Of a stretch of DNA of 64,000 nucleotides, positions 20,591-29,874 are shown in pieces. The position numbers and the translations under genes are program-made. Source of the stretch: Parasegetibacter sp. NRK P23 (lineage in GTDB: Bacteria; Bacteroidota; Bacteroidia; Chitinophagales; Chitinophagaceae); NCBI RefSeq assembly GCF_023721715.1, contig NZ_JAMDLG010000001.1, forward strand, positions 3,857,655 to 3,921,654, read 5' to 3'. The notes under the pieces are model-generated. The model was not told the origin of the DNA. It saw only the letters and a list, made by a program, of their open reading frames with translations, and did no database searches. The stretch's first letter is position 1. The number at the start of each line of letters is the position of its first letter.

Positions 20591-20703
20591 AATTAAAGTG
20601 TTGAATGGTGAATGAAATTTCCGGAGGTTGGCCAACCTTCAGGATCGAAGCTAACTGAACCAGCCCTGGCGTTTCCGGCAATGGTGCCGTATTTTATTCA
20701 AGC

Positions 20704-21270
20704 TTAATCCGTATCCTTTTTTCTGGCGTTCTTCAGGTTTCTGAAACTTCGCTCGCTCATATTCAGGAAGGAGGCCAGGTGCGCATCCGGAACATGGTAC
20801 AGCAATTCCGGGAACTTTTGTTGGAGGTACCGGAACCTTTCCCGCAACGATGGATTCGATTTAAATAGGGAGTGTTCTCTTACCTGTTCCTGGAACTCGT
20901 CTTTAATGGCACGCTCCAGCGCCGCCATTTCGGGAAAACACTGGTAAAAAGTATAAACTGATTTGCGGCTGATGGACCAGGTTTCGCATAGCTGTGCCGC
21001 TACGATGTTTTCCCGGAAGGGAGTCTGTGCATTAAAACTTTGCGCAGGGTAAATCATGTTGCCCGAAGCGCTGAACCAGGTCGTTATGTGTTCACATTCC
21101 CACCGGACTATCCCCGTTTTTAAGAACCATATCCTTTCCGCTACCTGCCCCGCCTTTAGGAGGAAATCGCCCTTCGCATGCTGTGCATAACGAAGTGACT
21201 CCCCCAGGCAAAGGAGAAACCCCTGGGAAAGCATAACCCGGCTCCGGAGATAATGAACCAGCTCCTCCAT
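20704..21270 (-). CDS. Crp/Fnr-family transcriptional regulator
   Basis: cNMP-binding beta-roll plus C-terminal HTH (SERSFRNLKN). Confidence 0.7.
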   Translation of the reverse strand: MEELVHYLRSRVMLSQGFLLCLGESLRYAQHAKGDFLLKAGQVAERIWFLKTGIVRWECEHITTWFSASGNMIYPAQSFNAQTPFRENIVAAQLCETWSISRKSVYTFYQCFPEMAALERAIKDEFQEQVREHSLFKSNPSLRERFRYLQQKFPELLYHVPDAHLASFLNMSERSFRNLKNARKKDTD

Positions 21271-21314
21271 AGAATAAGGTTTATTAAAATGGCCTCCCCT
21301 CGAAAAGGGAGGCC
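21271..21314 (-). terminator. rho-independent terminator downstream of the AraC gene
   Basis: Stem ggcctccc/gggaggcc, loop ctcgaaaa, then an A/T-rich tract on the minus strand. Confidence 0.5.
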
Positions 21315-21419
21315 TCTCCTGATTCCTCCCGTCACCACAGGTGGTGAGGGTGAAAAGTAAATTTGCAAACTCTTTATCAGACAGGCTTGTGTTTTCCCGT
21401 CATAGTTCTCTTGTTTATT

Positions 21420-22310
21420 TCATTCAGGCGGTAGGTTTTTTGCTCTGTAAGTACCGGGAGAAACACCCAGATTTCTCCGTATAAAAACCGAGAACTGGGA
21501 AGGGGAGGAGAAGCCCAGCATATAAGCCACTTCTTTGATCTCCAGTGCTGGTCTTTGCAGCAGCAGTTGCTGAGATTTCCGGAGTTTGACCTGTTTGATG
21601 TGGTCCTGCAAACGCATGCCTGTTTCACGGATAAACGCTCTCCGGAGGGTGCTTTCACTTGCGTTTACCTGGATGCACAATTCTTTCAGCGAAAATTCTC
21701 CGGGCATACAATGTTCTATAAAAAGAATGCTGGCATGAACGGCTTTTTTGTCTCTTGACTGGAAAAACGCGTCCTCCCGCACCATGCGCCAGCCGCTAAC
21801 CGTAGCCAGAATATTTGAAAGATGAACATCGGGATGATCCAACTCAGCAGGCAGATGGGGTTGAAAAAGCAGTGCATTCACGTATTGCTCGGTAAAACGG
21901 GTGATACCGGCGCTTACAGGTCCGGATATGCGAAATAAATCGCTGCTTGAGCCGGTTGTTGTAACGGGAAGTAAAAAATGGGACCGCGGAAACCCCCATA
22001 CCAGTATTTTAACATGAGGCTTTAACAGCTTAATGAAAACCTCCGAGGATGGCTTTACGGGAAAAAGTAACACCGACCTGTTTGCTATGCGAATGTTTTC
22101 GGTCCCGCTTTCCACATCCACCTTACCCTTTAGTACGAGGATAAGACACATATCTGCAAAGCCCGTGGAAACAGACGTTGCCGTGTGACCGGAAATGATC
22201 ATGTCTCTTGCCAGAAGGGTTACTTTATTCCGGGTTGTGCTGCGGGCAAGGGTTGTAGTATAATTTACTTGCCCCATACCATTATGTATGCTGGCATCGT
22301 TCCATTTCAT
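21420..22310 (-). CDS. AraC-family transcriptional regulator
   Basis: C-terminal AraC HTH (LKELCIQVNASESTLRRAFIRETGMRLQDHIKQVKLRKSQQLL). Confidence 0.75.
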   Translation of the reverse strand: MKWNDASIHNGMGQVNYTTTLARSTTRNKVTLLARDMIISGHTATSVSTGFADMCLILVLKGKVDVESGTENIRIANRSVLLFPVKPSSEVFIKLLKPHVKILVWGFPRSHFLLPVTTTGSSSDLFRISGPVSAGITRFTEQYVNALLFQPHLPAELDHPDVHLSNILATVSGWRMVREDAFFQSRDKKAVHASILFIEHCMPGEFSLKELCIQVNASESTLRRAFIRETGMRLQDHIKQVKLRKSQQLLLQRPALEIKEVAYMLGFSSPSQFSVFIRRNLGVSPGTYRAKNLPPE

Positions 22311-22835
22311 CGAATAAGGTTTGGTTCAACCACCGGTGTTTCCACCGGGTGTTGGGAGGAATCAGGATAACTTTATATGGCAGCGTTGTGCAGTGGGCTG
22401 ATATGAGGTTGAAGGCCGATCGGTTAGGAAAGGTTCAGCACCAGGTACAATAAAATCTTTCTTTGTGTTTACATTCTATCAAAATTTTGGATAATCCAAA
22501 ACAGGGTAAGGTTAATTCAAGGAGATTGATACGCATTGGCCGGACGCGTTTACTCCGGGACCTTTTCTGTTTTTTCACGGTAATCACGGGCGTTTTTTCC
22601 CGTATTTCTGGAAATATAAAGTACAGATCACCTGTAAATCGCCCCATGAATGTTTCCATAAGTGCCATAGTACCGGGTTAAGTTTTAGTAACTTCGCCCA
22701 CCTTTTTCAAAAAATACCCCTTCTTTCTCCGAAGGGAGCCAATTTGAAACGGATTACTACACGACTGCTTTCTGAACCTTGTTCTACCTCTAAAATTGCT
22801 TATATTTAATTCACGTGCAAAGTGCAGTGTAACCG

Positions 22836-25130
22836 GTGAGAAGGAAAATAAACGTCATGGCAACCGCAACGAAAAAATCAGCCGCCCCCAGGAAAAAGGC
22901 GACTTCAGTAAAATCAGCAGATCTTCAGAATGGCCCCACCACCCTGGCGGCCAAACTCCAGGAATATTTCGGCTTCGATGGCTTTAAAGGTGAGCAGGAA
23001 GCTATTATTGAATCGCTGCTCTCCGGAAGGGACACATTCGTGATCATGCCCACCGGCGGCGGAAAAAGCCTGTGCTACCAACTACCCGCTATCTCCTCGG
23101 CAGGCGTGGCCATCATTGTTTCCCCGCTCATCGCGCTGATGAAGAACCAGGTCGACCTGGTCCGCAGCTATTCAAGCAACGATGATATAGCCCACTTCCT
23201 GAACTCTACCTTGTCGAAAAAAGAAATCAGGGAAGTAAAGGAAGACCTCACTTCCGGCAGAACCAAAATGCTGTACGTGGCGCCTGAAACGCTTACCAAA
23301 GCTGAAAACCTGGAATTCTTTAAAGAACTGCCCATCTCCTTCTTCGCCGTAGATGAAGCGCACTGTATCTCAGAATGGGGCCACGATTTCCGCCCCGAAT
23401 ACCGCCGTCTCCGCGAAATGATGGACATGATCAATGAGACCATCCCCGTTATCGCGCTTACCGCCACCGCCACCCCCAAAGTGCAGAGCGATATCGTGAA
23501 GAACCTCGGACTGCGGGAACCCCGCATCTTCATTTCTTCCTTCAACAGGGGAAACCTCTATTACGAAATTCAACCTAAAGTGAAGAAGGACCAGACCATC
23601 AAAAATATGGTCCGCTTCATCGTTCAGAATAAAGGCAAAAGCGGCATCATCTACACGTTGAACCGCAAAACCACCGAAGAACTCGCCGATGTACTGGTGG
23701 CCAACGGCATCAAAGCCGTAGCCTATCACGCAGGACTCGACTCCAAGCTCCGGGCCGAAAGGCAGGACATGTTCCTGAACGAAGATGTGCAGGTAATCGT
23801 GGCCACCATCGCCTTCGGAATGGGGATCGATAAACCTGATGTGCGTTTCGTGATCCATTTCAATATTCCCAAATCCATCGAAAACTATTACCAGGAAACG
23901 GGTCGTGCGGGAAGGGATGGACTCGAAGGAAAATGTATTCTTTATTACTCTCATAAAGATGTGGCCAAACTGGAGCACCTCATGCGCGACAAGCCTTTGA
24001 GCGAACGCGAGGTGGGTGCCCAACTCATCAATGAAACCGTGGCCTACGCTGAAAGTGGCGTGTGCCGGAGGAAAATCCTGTTGAGTTATTTCGGGGAAGA
24101 ATACAACGACGAAAAGAGCTGCGGCAATTGCGATAACTGTCTGCACCCCAAAGAACGCATCGAAGCCAAAGAAGGCGCCGTGAAAGTGCTGAAAGCCATA
24201 CAGGCATTGGAAGAACGCTTTGTAACGGACTATATGGTGAACGTACTGATCGGCAGACTTACGCCCCAGATCATGATGTACCGCCACGAACAGATTCCCG
24301 TTTTCGGCTCCGGTAAGGAAGAACCAGATCATTTCTGGAACTCCCTGATCCGCCAGTTGCTACTGGAAGGCTTGCTGCAAAAGGATATTGAGGATTATGG
24401 CGTGTTGAAAATCACCGCGAAAGGAGAGAAATTCCTGAAAAAACCCACCTCGTTCAAAATAGTCCTGAACAACCTTTTCGAAGAAGCGAACGCCGACGAT
24501 GATGAGGCGGGTGAAGCCGCTGCCGCCACCACGGCCACGGATGAGAAGTTATTTGAAATGTTGAAAGAACTCCGCCAGAAAGAGGCCAAAAAGAAAGCGC
24601 TGCCTCCATTCGTGATTTTCCTGGAAACCTCGCTGCACGATATGGCCACCATGTTCCCCACCACCATGGAAGAACTGGAAAAATGCCAGGGTGTAAGCAA
24701 GGGTAAGGCGTTGCGTTACGGAAAGCCCTTCCTGGAAATGATCAACCGGTACGTGGAGGAGAACGATATAGTGCGTCCCGATGATTTTGTCATGAAGAGT
24801 GTGGTCAACAAAAGCGGGCTGAAAGTATACATCATCCAGCAAACGGATAAAAAGATACCACTGGAAACCATCGCCAAAAACAAGGAACTCCGCCTGGATG
24901 CCCTGTTGGAGGAAATGGAGACCATCGCCGCGAGCGGAACCCGTCTCAACCTCGATTATGCCATAGATGAAATGCTGGACGAATACGAGCAGGAAGAAAT
25001 CCTGGAATACTTTAAAGGTTGTGAAACCAGCAGCTTGCAACTCGCACTCGAAGAGTTGAGCGATGGCAACTATACCTGGGAGCAGCTCAAAATCATGAGA
25101 ATCAAGTTTTTGGCGCAATATGGCATGTAA
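22836..25130 (+). CDS. recQ: ATP-dependent DNA helicase RecQ. The start may instead be the Met at 22857.
   Basis: DEAH helicase motifs (PTGGGKSLCYQLPA, FAVDEAHCISEWGHDFR). RQC zinc-finger cysteines (CGNCDNC). HRDC at the C-terminus. Lys-rich N-terminal extension. Confidence 0.9.
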   Translation: MRRKINVMATATKKSAAPRKKATSVKSADLQNGPTTLAAKLQEYFGFDGFKGEQEAIIESLLSGRDTFVIMPTGGGKSLCYQLPAISSAGVAIIVSPLIALMKNQVDLVRSYSSNDDIAHFLNSTLSKKEIREVKEDLTSGRTKMLYVAPETLTKAENLEFFKELPISFFAVDEAHCISEWGHDFRPEYRRLREMMDMINETIPVIALTATATPKVQSDIVKNLGLREPRIFISSFNRGNLYYEIQPKVKKDQTIKNMVRFIVQNKGKSGIIYTLNRKTTEELADVLVANGIKAVAYHAGLDSKLRAERQDMFLNEDVQVIVATIAFGMGIDKPDVRFVIHFNIPKSIENYYQETGRAGRDGLEGKCILYYSHKDVAKLEHLMRDKPLSEREVGAQLINETVAYAESGVCRRKILLSYFGEEYNDEKSCGNCDNCLHPKERIEAKEGAVKVLKAIQALEERFVTDYMVNVLIGRLTPQIMMYRHEQIPVFGSGKEEPDHFWNSLIRQLLLEGLLQKDIEDYGVLKITAKGEKFLKKPTSFKIVLNNLFEEANADDDEAGEAAAATTATDEKLFEMLKELRQKEAKKKALPPFVIFLETSLHDMATMFPTTMEELEKCQGVSKGKALRYGKPFLEMINRYVEENDIVRPDDFVMKSVVNKSGLKVYIIQQTDKKIPLETIAKNKELRLDALLEEMETIAASGTRLNLDYAIDEMLDEYEQEEILEYFKGCETSSLQLALEELSDGNYTWEQLKIMRIKFLAQYGM

Positions 25131-25189
25131 GTTGCGGAAGGCAATCCGCATCAGTTTTTAATTCGTATATCTGCCAAAACCTTGAACCA

Positions 25190-25999
25190 ATGAACCAGTA
25201 CATCAACCGGCTCCGGGAAAATATTGAGCCGGTACGCAACGCTATCACGGCACATCCGTTGTATTCGGCTATCCGAACACCGCGCGATCTCCAGCTTTTT
25301 ACCGAGTACCATGTCTTTCCTGTATGGGATTTCATGAGCCTGCTCAAAGCGCTCCAGCGCAGTCTGACCTGTGTGGAACTGCCCTGGGTGCCGGTGGGCA
25401 GCGCCAATACCCGTTACCTCATCAACGAAATTGTTACCGGAGAGGAAAGCGATGTGGATGAACATGGGCAGCGGATCAGCCATTTTGAACTGTACCTGAA
25501 AGCGATGGCCCAGCTCGGGTCCGACCGGAGGCCCATGCTCCAGCTGCTGGAAGAACTCCATGTTTCCACCATAGAGGAAATATTGGAAAAGAGCGCATTG
25601 CCGGCAGCGGTGAAAAGCTTCCTTTCGTTTACGTTTGAAGTGATCCGCAGGGGCAAACCCCATGAAATGGCCGCGGTATTTACTTTTGGCCGGGAAGACC
25701 TTATCCCGGATATGTTCATGGAAATGGTACGGGGCCTGGATAAAAGTTTCCCAGGCCAGCTAACCACGTTCCGTTATTACCTGGAGCGTCATATCGAAGT
25801 GGATGGCGATCATCATAGCATCCTGGCCATGGAGATGGTTTCTGAATTGTGTGGAGATGACCTGGTGAAATGGGATGAAGCTACGGCTGTTGCCCTGAAA
25901 GGATTGGAGCAGCGCCTCCGGTTGTGGGACGCGGTATCGGAAAGATTAAGCATGTTTTCCCCGAAAAATCCACAAAATAATTTTGCCGTGTCGGTTTAA
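25190..25999 (+). CDS. DUF3050-family protein (heme-oxygenase-like fold)
   Basis: Characteristic motif HVFPVWDFMSLLKALQ. About 260 aa. Confidence 0.55.
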   Translation: MNQYINRLRENIEPVRNAITAHPLYSAIRTPRDLQLFTEYHVFPVWDFMSLLKALQRSLTCVELPWVPVGSANTRYLINEIVTGEESDVDEHGQRISHFELYLKAMAQLGSDRRPMLQLLEELHVSTIEEILEKSALPAAVKSFLSFTFEVIRRGKPHEMAAVFTFGREDLIPDMFMEMVRGLDKSFPGQLTTFRYYLERHIEVDGDHHSILAMEMVSELCGDDLVKWDEATAVALKGLEQRLRLWDAVSERLSMFSPKNPQNNFAVSV

Positions 26000-26037
26000 T
26001 TCCTATTTTTGCCACCCGTTCCAAAAGAACCAAGGAT

Positions 26038-26110
26038 GGTGCGGTAGCTCAGTTGGTAGAGCAAAGGACTGAAAATCCTTGTGTCGCCGGTTCGATTCCG
26101 GCCCACACCA
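26038..26110 (+). tRNA. tRNA-Phe (GAA)
   Basis: Cloverleaf drawn by hand. D-arm GCTCAGTTGGTAGAGC. Anticodon stem-loop AAGGA-CUGAAAA-UCCUU. T-arm GCCGG-TTCGATT-CCGGC. Close to E. coli tRNA-Phe. Confidence 0.85.
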
Positions 26111-26117
26111 CGAAGAA

Positions 26118-26145
26118 AAGATCACAGAAATGTGGTCTTTTTTTG
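26118..26145 (+). terminator. rho-independent terminator after tRNA-Phe
   Basis: aagatcaca-gaaa-tgtggtctt followed by T7. Confidence 0.7.
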
Positions 26146-26230
26146 TGCGCGGGAGCGGCGGGAGCGAGTTTTAGGGATTTGGTAATACAGCAGTAATGTT
26201 TACGCATAACGATCATACTTATCGTTAATC

Positions 26231-26950
26231 ATGATAGGAGTAGGGCGGCAATGGCTGCCCTATTTTTTATACATTCGGGTCACAAATAATTCTATGAAAG
26301 CGTTAACTGCGATATTTCTGTTTTTCTTCACAACCCATATAACTTTTGGACAACAAAAGAAAGGAAGGGTATCCATATCTGCTAATTATGGATTGACAGG
26401 GAATTTTTTTGTTCGTTCTTATGATGAACAAAATGGCCCAACAGACAAACAGTACTTCTACAAAAAGAATTTTATAGGATCCGCGGCGGGGCTTGCTGTC
26501 ACATTTCAGGTGTCCGAAAATTCAGGACTATTTCTTGAGTATTCACGCACAATCAACACTGGGAAAAAATCATATGAAGGTTCACTAAATAGCACGAGTG
26601 TAATGATCGAAGACTTCAGGCTCAGGCATGTCAATAATTTTTTTCAACTAGGTTATGTAAGAAACTTTAAAATGGCAAACGCTTTTATACAAGCGCAAGC
26701 GGGCGTTTTTATGCTCACCGACCAAAAGCAGCTCATTTCAATAGAAAGATGGGATAACCTTATAAGCATAAGCGAAACCAATGCGGAAAATTCCGGCTCA
26801 AAAGAGGCTGGCGTTTTTTTAGGTGGTGAATATTCTTTTAAGTTGGATACAAAAGTGGACTTTGGCATTCGTACACGGGGATATTTTTTGGTGTCAACCG
26901 GGACCTTTGAAGCGTTAACACTTACTCCGGTGCTACGATACAATTTCTAG
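26231..26950 (+). CDS. outer-membrane beta-barrel protein (porin/OmpA-like beta-barrel). The likely start is MKALTAIF at 26294.
   Basis: Signal peptide. Alternating amphipathic beta-strands. C-terminal aromatic residue (RYNF). Confidence 0.6.
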   Translation: MIGVGRQWLPYFLYIRVTNNSMKALTAIFLFFFTTHITFGQQKKGRVSISANYGLTGNFFVRSYDEQNGPTDKQYFYKKNFIGSAAGLAVTFQVSENSGLFLEYSRTINTGKKSYEGSLNSTSVMIEDFRLRHVNNFFQLGYVRNFKMANAFIQAQAGVFMLTDQKQLISIERWDNLISISETNAENSGSKEAGVFLGGEYSFKLDTKVDFGIRTRGYFLVSTGTFEALTLTPVLRYNF

Positions 26951-27041
26951 CCATAATACTCCCCAACTGGCGCCACTTGCTTACATAGTAATTTTATCGA
27001 TTACCGTTACCTTGAAGGCCATTGATCGTTGCGTCACGAAA

Positions 27042-27911
27042 TCATTTAAGCCGCGCCCCTTTAAACCTATCTGCCACAATACGAGACCAGTCATTGGTAC
27101 CGACGTTTGGATCTTTAATTACACCGTAATTAAATTGAATATGAAGAGAATCATTTACTCGATTATAGAAGCCAAACGAATACAGGGAATTTACCCACTC
27201 ACCTTTGTATTGAAAATAAGCCGCTGTAACAGTTGGACCGGTTATGCCAAACCCTTTGGAAGAAGGGTCGATTTCGGAGTAAATCGGAAACCCGGCAGGA
27301 AGGTCTTTGATAGCATAATAACTTCGCTCAACGCTGTAACGGCTTTCATACATCCAACCAATCTCAATATTAAATGTGTCGTTTTGGTTGCTTGCGAGAA
27401 CGCCTCTATAGATGCCAACAAGTGGGGTACCCTCCAGGATTTTAATTGATTTTTTTATTGTATCAATCCCGCTGTATTCAGCTTTGTGTCGGTTTGTGTA
27501 GGTTACGATCGCCTCAACAAGAACTTGCGATTGAGGCATTCCAAAGCCCAGATACAGGCTTTTGCCTTGTCTGATAAGCGGATCACTTCCAAATTTCCAT
27601 TTCACTGAATAATCGAATGATGTATCAATTTTTAATGAAAAATTGAGTCGGACACCATCATCGTAATAGGTGCCGTTTGGTGTTTTATAAATATAGAATA
27701 GTGAGTCTGCAAGAAGCGTATCGATACTTGCATATTTCCGGCTGGGATCGAGGTAGATATTTGTTGCGGAAACGTTTTGTGCAACAACAATTTCAGCTTT
27801 AGGGTTGGCCGCAAGATGTGGGCTTTTCTCTTTCCGGCACGATAGTAAACCAATTCCAATGAGTGCATGAACACACATTAAATAAAACTTCATAAAATAA
27901 GATTGAAACAA
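27042..27911 (-). CDS. hypothetical lipoprotein
   Basis: Lipobox LLSC after the signal peptide. AT-rich codon usage relative to its neighbours. Confidence 0.55.
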   Translation of the reverse strand: MFQSYFMKFYLMCVHALIGIGLLSCRKEKSPHLAANPKAEIVVAQNVSATNIYLDPSRKYASIDTLLADSLFYIYKTPNGTYYDDGVRLNFSLKIDTSFDYSVKWKFGSDPLIRQGKSLYLGFGMPQSQVLVEAIVTYTNRHKAEYSGIDTIKKSIKILEGTPLVGIYRGVLASNQNDTFNIEIGWMYESRYSVERSYYAIKDLPAGFPIYSEIDPSSKGFGITGPTVTAAYFQYKGEWVNSLYSFGFYNRVNDSLHIQFNYGVIKDPNVGTNDWSRIVADRFKGARLK

Positions 27912-27987
27912 ATCTATTTCAAAATTTTGGATTCAATCTTGTTTTCCTGAGCGTTCTGATAAATAAAGTTCTGGTAAAAAGCCTTAC

Positions 27988-29808
27988 TCAATGGCTATCT
28001 TTCAATGTGCCCAAAAAGGCCACAATCGCTTTCTTTTCACCCACCGTCAACGACAATGAATCGAAAGGAAGTGTTTGAGAAGGAAGATCTATCCCTATAC
28101 CGACGCCACCTCCTTTGTTGTAAAACTCAACCACCTCTTCCAGGTTAGTATAAACGCCATTGTGCATGTAGGGAGCCGTAGTGGAAATATTTCTTAATCC
28201 CGGTGTCTTGAAGGCAAAAAGGAGTTCCCGGATTGCATTTATCTTATAGCGACCTGAGTCTTTGTCGATGCGTGCATTGTTCCAAACGGCCCGTTCAGGA
28301 ACCCCGATAATCTCAGATTCGGATTTGGTAAACCAGGGCGGTGTGGTGCCGTTGAAGAGGGGCATGAAATGACAAGTGCCGCATTTGGCTTTGCCCATAA
28401 ACAGGTTGAATCCGTTAACCTCTTGTTGCGACATACTTTTTCTGTCTCCGCGAATATATTTATCGAACCGCGAGGCGAAGGGGTTCAACGAACGAACATA
28501 CGCTGCGATCGCGTTCCTGATCTCGTAACCACCCGGCTGATTTTTTTCACCATACACTTTTTGAAGCGCTTTCCGGTAGAAAGAATCTGCAAGCAGCCGT
28601 TCGGCGGTTGACCGGGCTTCCAACGCAAACTCATTGCTGTTCTGCATTACATCGTTGATCTGGTCCTCCAGCGAAGTGGAGCGCATATCATAGAACTGCG
28701 CGGACTGCAATGCGGCGTAATAAAGTGTCGGACTGTTCCTGGGCAAGGAGCCGCCATGCACAAGATTACTTGCCTTAGGCAATCCATCGGTAAAAGAGAG
28801 TCCTGCCTTGTGGCAACTGGCGCAACTGATTTTTCCTGAAGCTGACAGTCGCCGATCGTTAAACAATAATTTCCCTAGGGCAACTTTTTCCTTACTGGTG
28901 GCGGCTTTTGCATACGGCGCATAAAAGTCGGGATTCCAGGCGCTTCCTTCCATCAAATCCGCGAAGCTACCGGAGAAAGGAGCGCTGAAGTTAAGTGTGT
29001 CGGCTTGTTGCGGACGGTACACATCCAACAGGCGGCTCAGCGGCATCAGGTGAGTAGTGATGAACCCAAGGCGGTTGAAGGTATTAAAATCGTTGTGCGC
29101 TCCCAGGTAACCAATACCAGCATCGATAGCGATATTCAGTTCTGCTGAAACAGAATCTCCAAAATAAGCCTGGCAGAAAAGCCTGATGCCTTCTAGCGCT
29201 GCTGCGGTTTCAGGGATGGCAGCAACGCTGACTGGCGCATCAAATCCAGTAATGCCAAGTGTGGCGATTCGTATGATTTCATGTTGAAGGAGTTCATACG
29301 CATGGCGCGGCAGAATGGCGTTGTGGGCCATATTGGCTTTTACGAAACGGATATCGGTTAGTAAAAGCTGCGCTTCCTCCGAAACAGTTTTCCGAAGGGA
29401 ATCATGGTAGTCTGCAAACAGCAATTGCTCAATTACCTGGAAACCATGGGGTGGCCAAACCACACCATCTTCCGTTTTTACATCGGGCAATGCCGGTCCG
29501 TTAATGCGGCGAACAAGTCCCTGGAAGTAATATTCAGTAATGGCCTCGGCCCTTTTGTAAACAGCACGGCTCCGGTGGAACTGTTGCTGAAGCGAATTGG
29601 CTCCGGCCTTTTGAGCAAGCATGGAATCGAGTACGGTAATTTCAGTGATGAGGGTATCCATCTGCCGTTCGAACTGAACGATGCTGTTCCGGGCGCCTTC
29701 AAGGGTTTCAGTTTTGTGCTCCGAACAGGAACCCGCGAATAAAACGAAGGCAAAAAATGCAGCGATGGATAGCACAACAACTCTCATAAAACGATAAAAT
29801 GGTAACAA
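27988..29808 (-). CDS. di-haem cytochrome c peroxidase (CCP/MauG family) with about 250-aa N-terminal extension
   Basis: Two CxxCH haem motifs (CASCHKAG, CGTCHFMP). Signal peptide. Confidence 0.8.
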   Translation of the reverse strand: MLPFYRFMRVVVLSIAAFFAFVLFAGSCSEHKTETLEGARNSIVQFERQMDTLITEITVLDSMLAQKAGANSLQQQFHRSRAVYKRAEAITEYYFQGLVRRINGPALPDVKTEDGVVWPPHGFQVIEQLLFADYHDSLRKTVSEEAQLLLTDIRFVKANMAHNAILPRHAYELLQHEIIRIATLGITGFDAPVSVAAIPETAAALEGIRLFCQAYFGDSVSAELNIAIDAGIGYLGAHNDFNTFNRLGFITTHLMPLSRLLDVYRPQQADTLNFSAPFSGSFADLMEGSAWNPDFYAPYAKAATSKEKVALGKLLFNDRRLSASGKISCASCHKAGLSFTDGLPKASNLVHGGSLPRNSPTLYYAALQSAQFYDMRSTSLEDQINDVMQNSNEFALEARSTAERLLADSFYRKALQKVYGEKNQPGGYEIRNAIAAYVRSLNPFASRFDKYIRGDRKSMSQQEVNGFNLFMGKAKCGTCHFMPLFNGTTPPWFTKSESEIIGVPERAVWNNARIDKDSGRYKINAIRELLFAFKTPGLRNISTTAPYMHNGVYTNLEEVVEFYNKGGGVGIGIDLPSQTLPFDSLSLTVGEKKAIVAFLGTLKDSH

Positions 29809-29874
29809 GTGAAAGAGGCGATCCCCGGTAAAAACTACCAGGGATCACATTTAGGTATGGATTTTAGGGCTTTA

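Noticed and set aside
22311-22835. Near-palindromes (CACCGGTG, GTGCAAAGTGCA) and a hairpin in the AraC-recQ divergent region as SOS boxes
   Set aside because: No known Bacteroidota LexA consensus was recognisable. It is left as an unassigned promoter region.
23370-24332. 320-aa minus-strand ORF inside recQ
   Set aside because: It is antisense to a gene with unambiguous helicase motifs. Its translation is low-complexity (His/Phe/Gly-rich) with no motifs. The same reasoning rejects 48877..49920 (antisense to uvrD), 30178..31146, 31479..32183, 9471..9986, 37139..37849, 45009..45566, 61362..61994 and the other nested ORFs.
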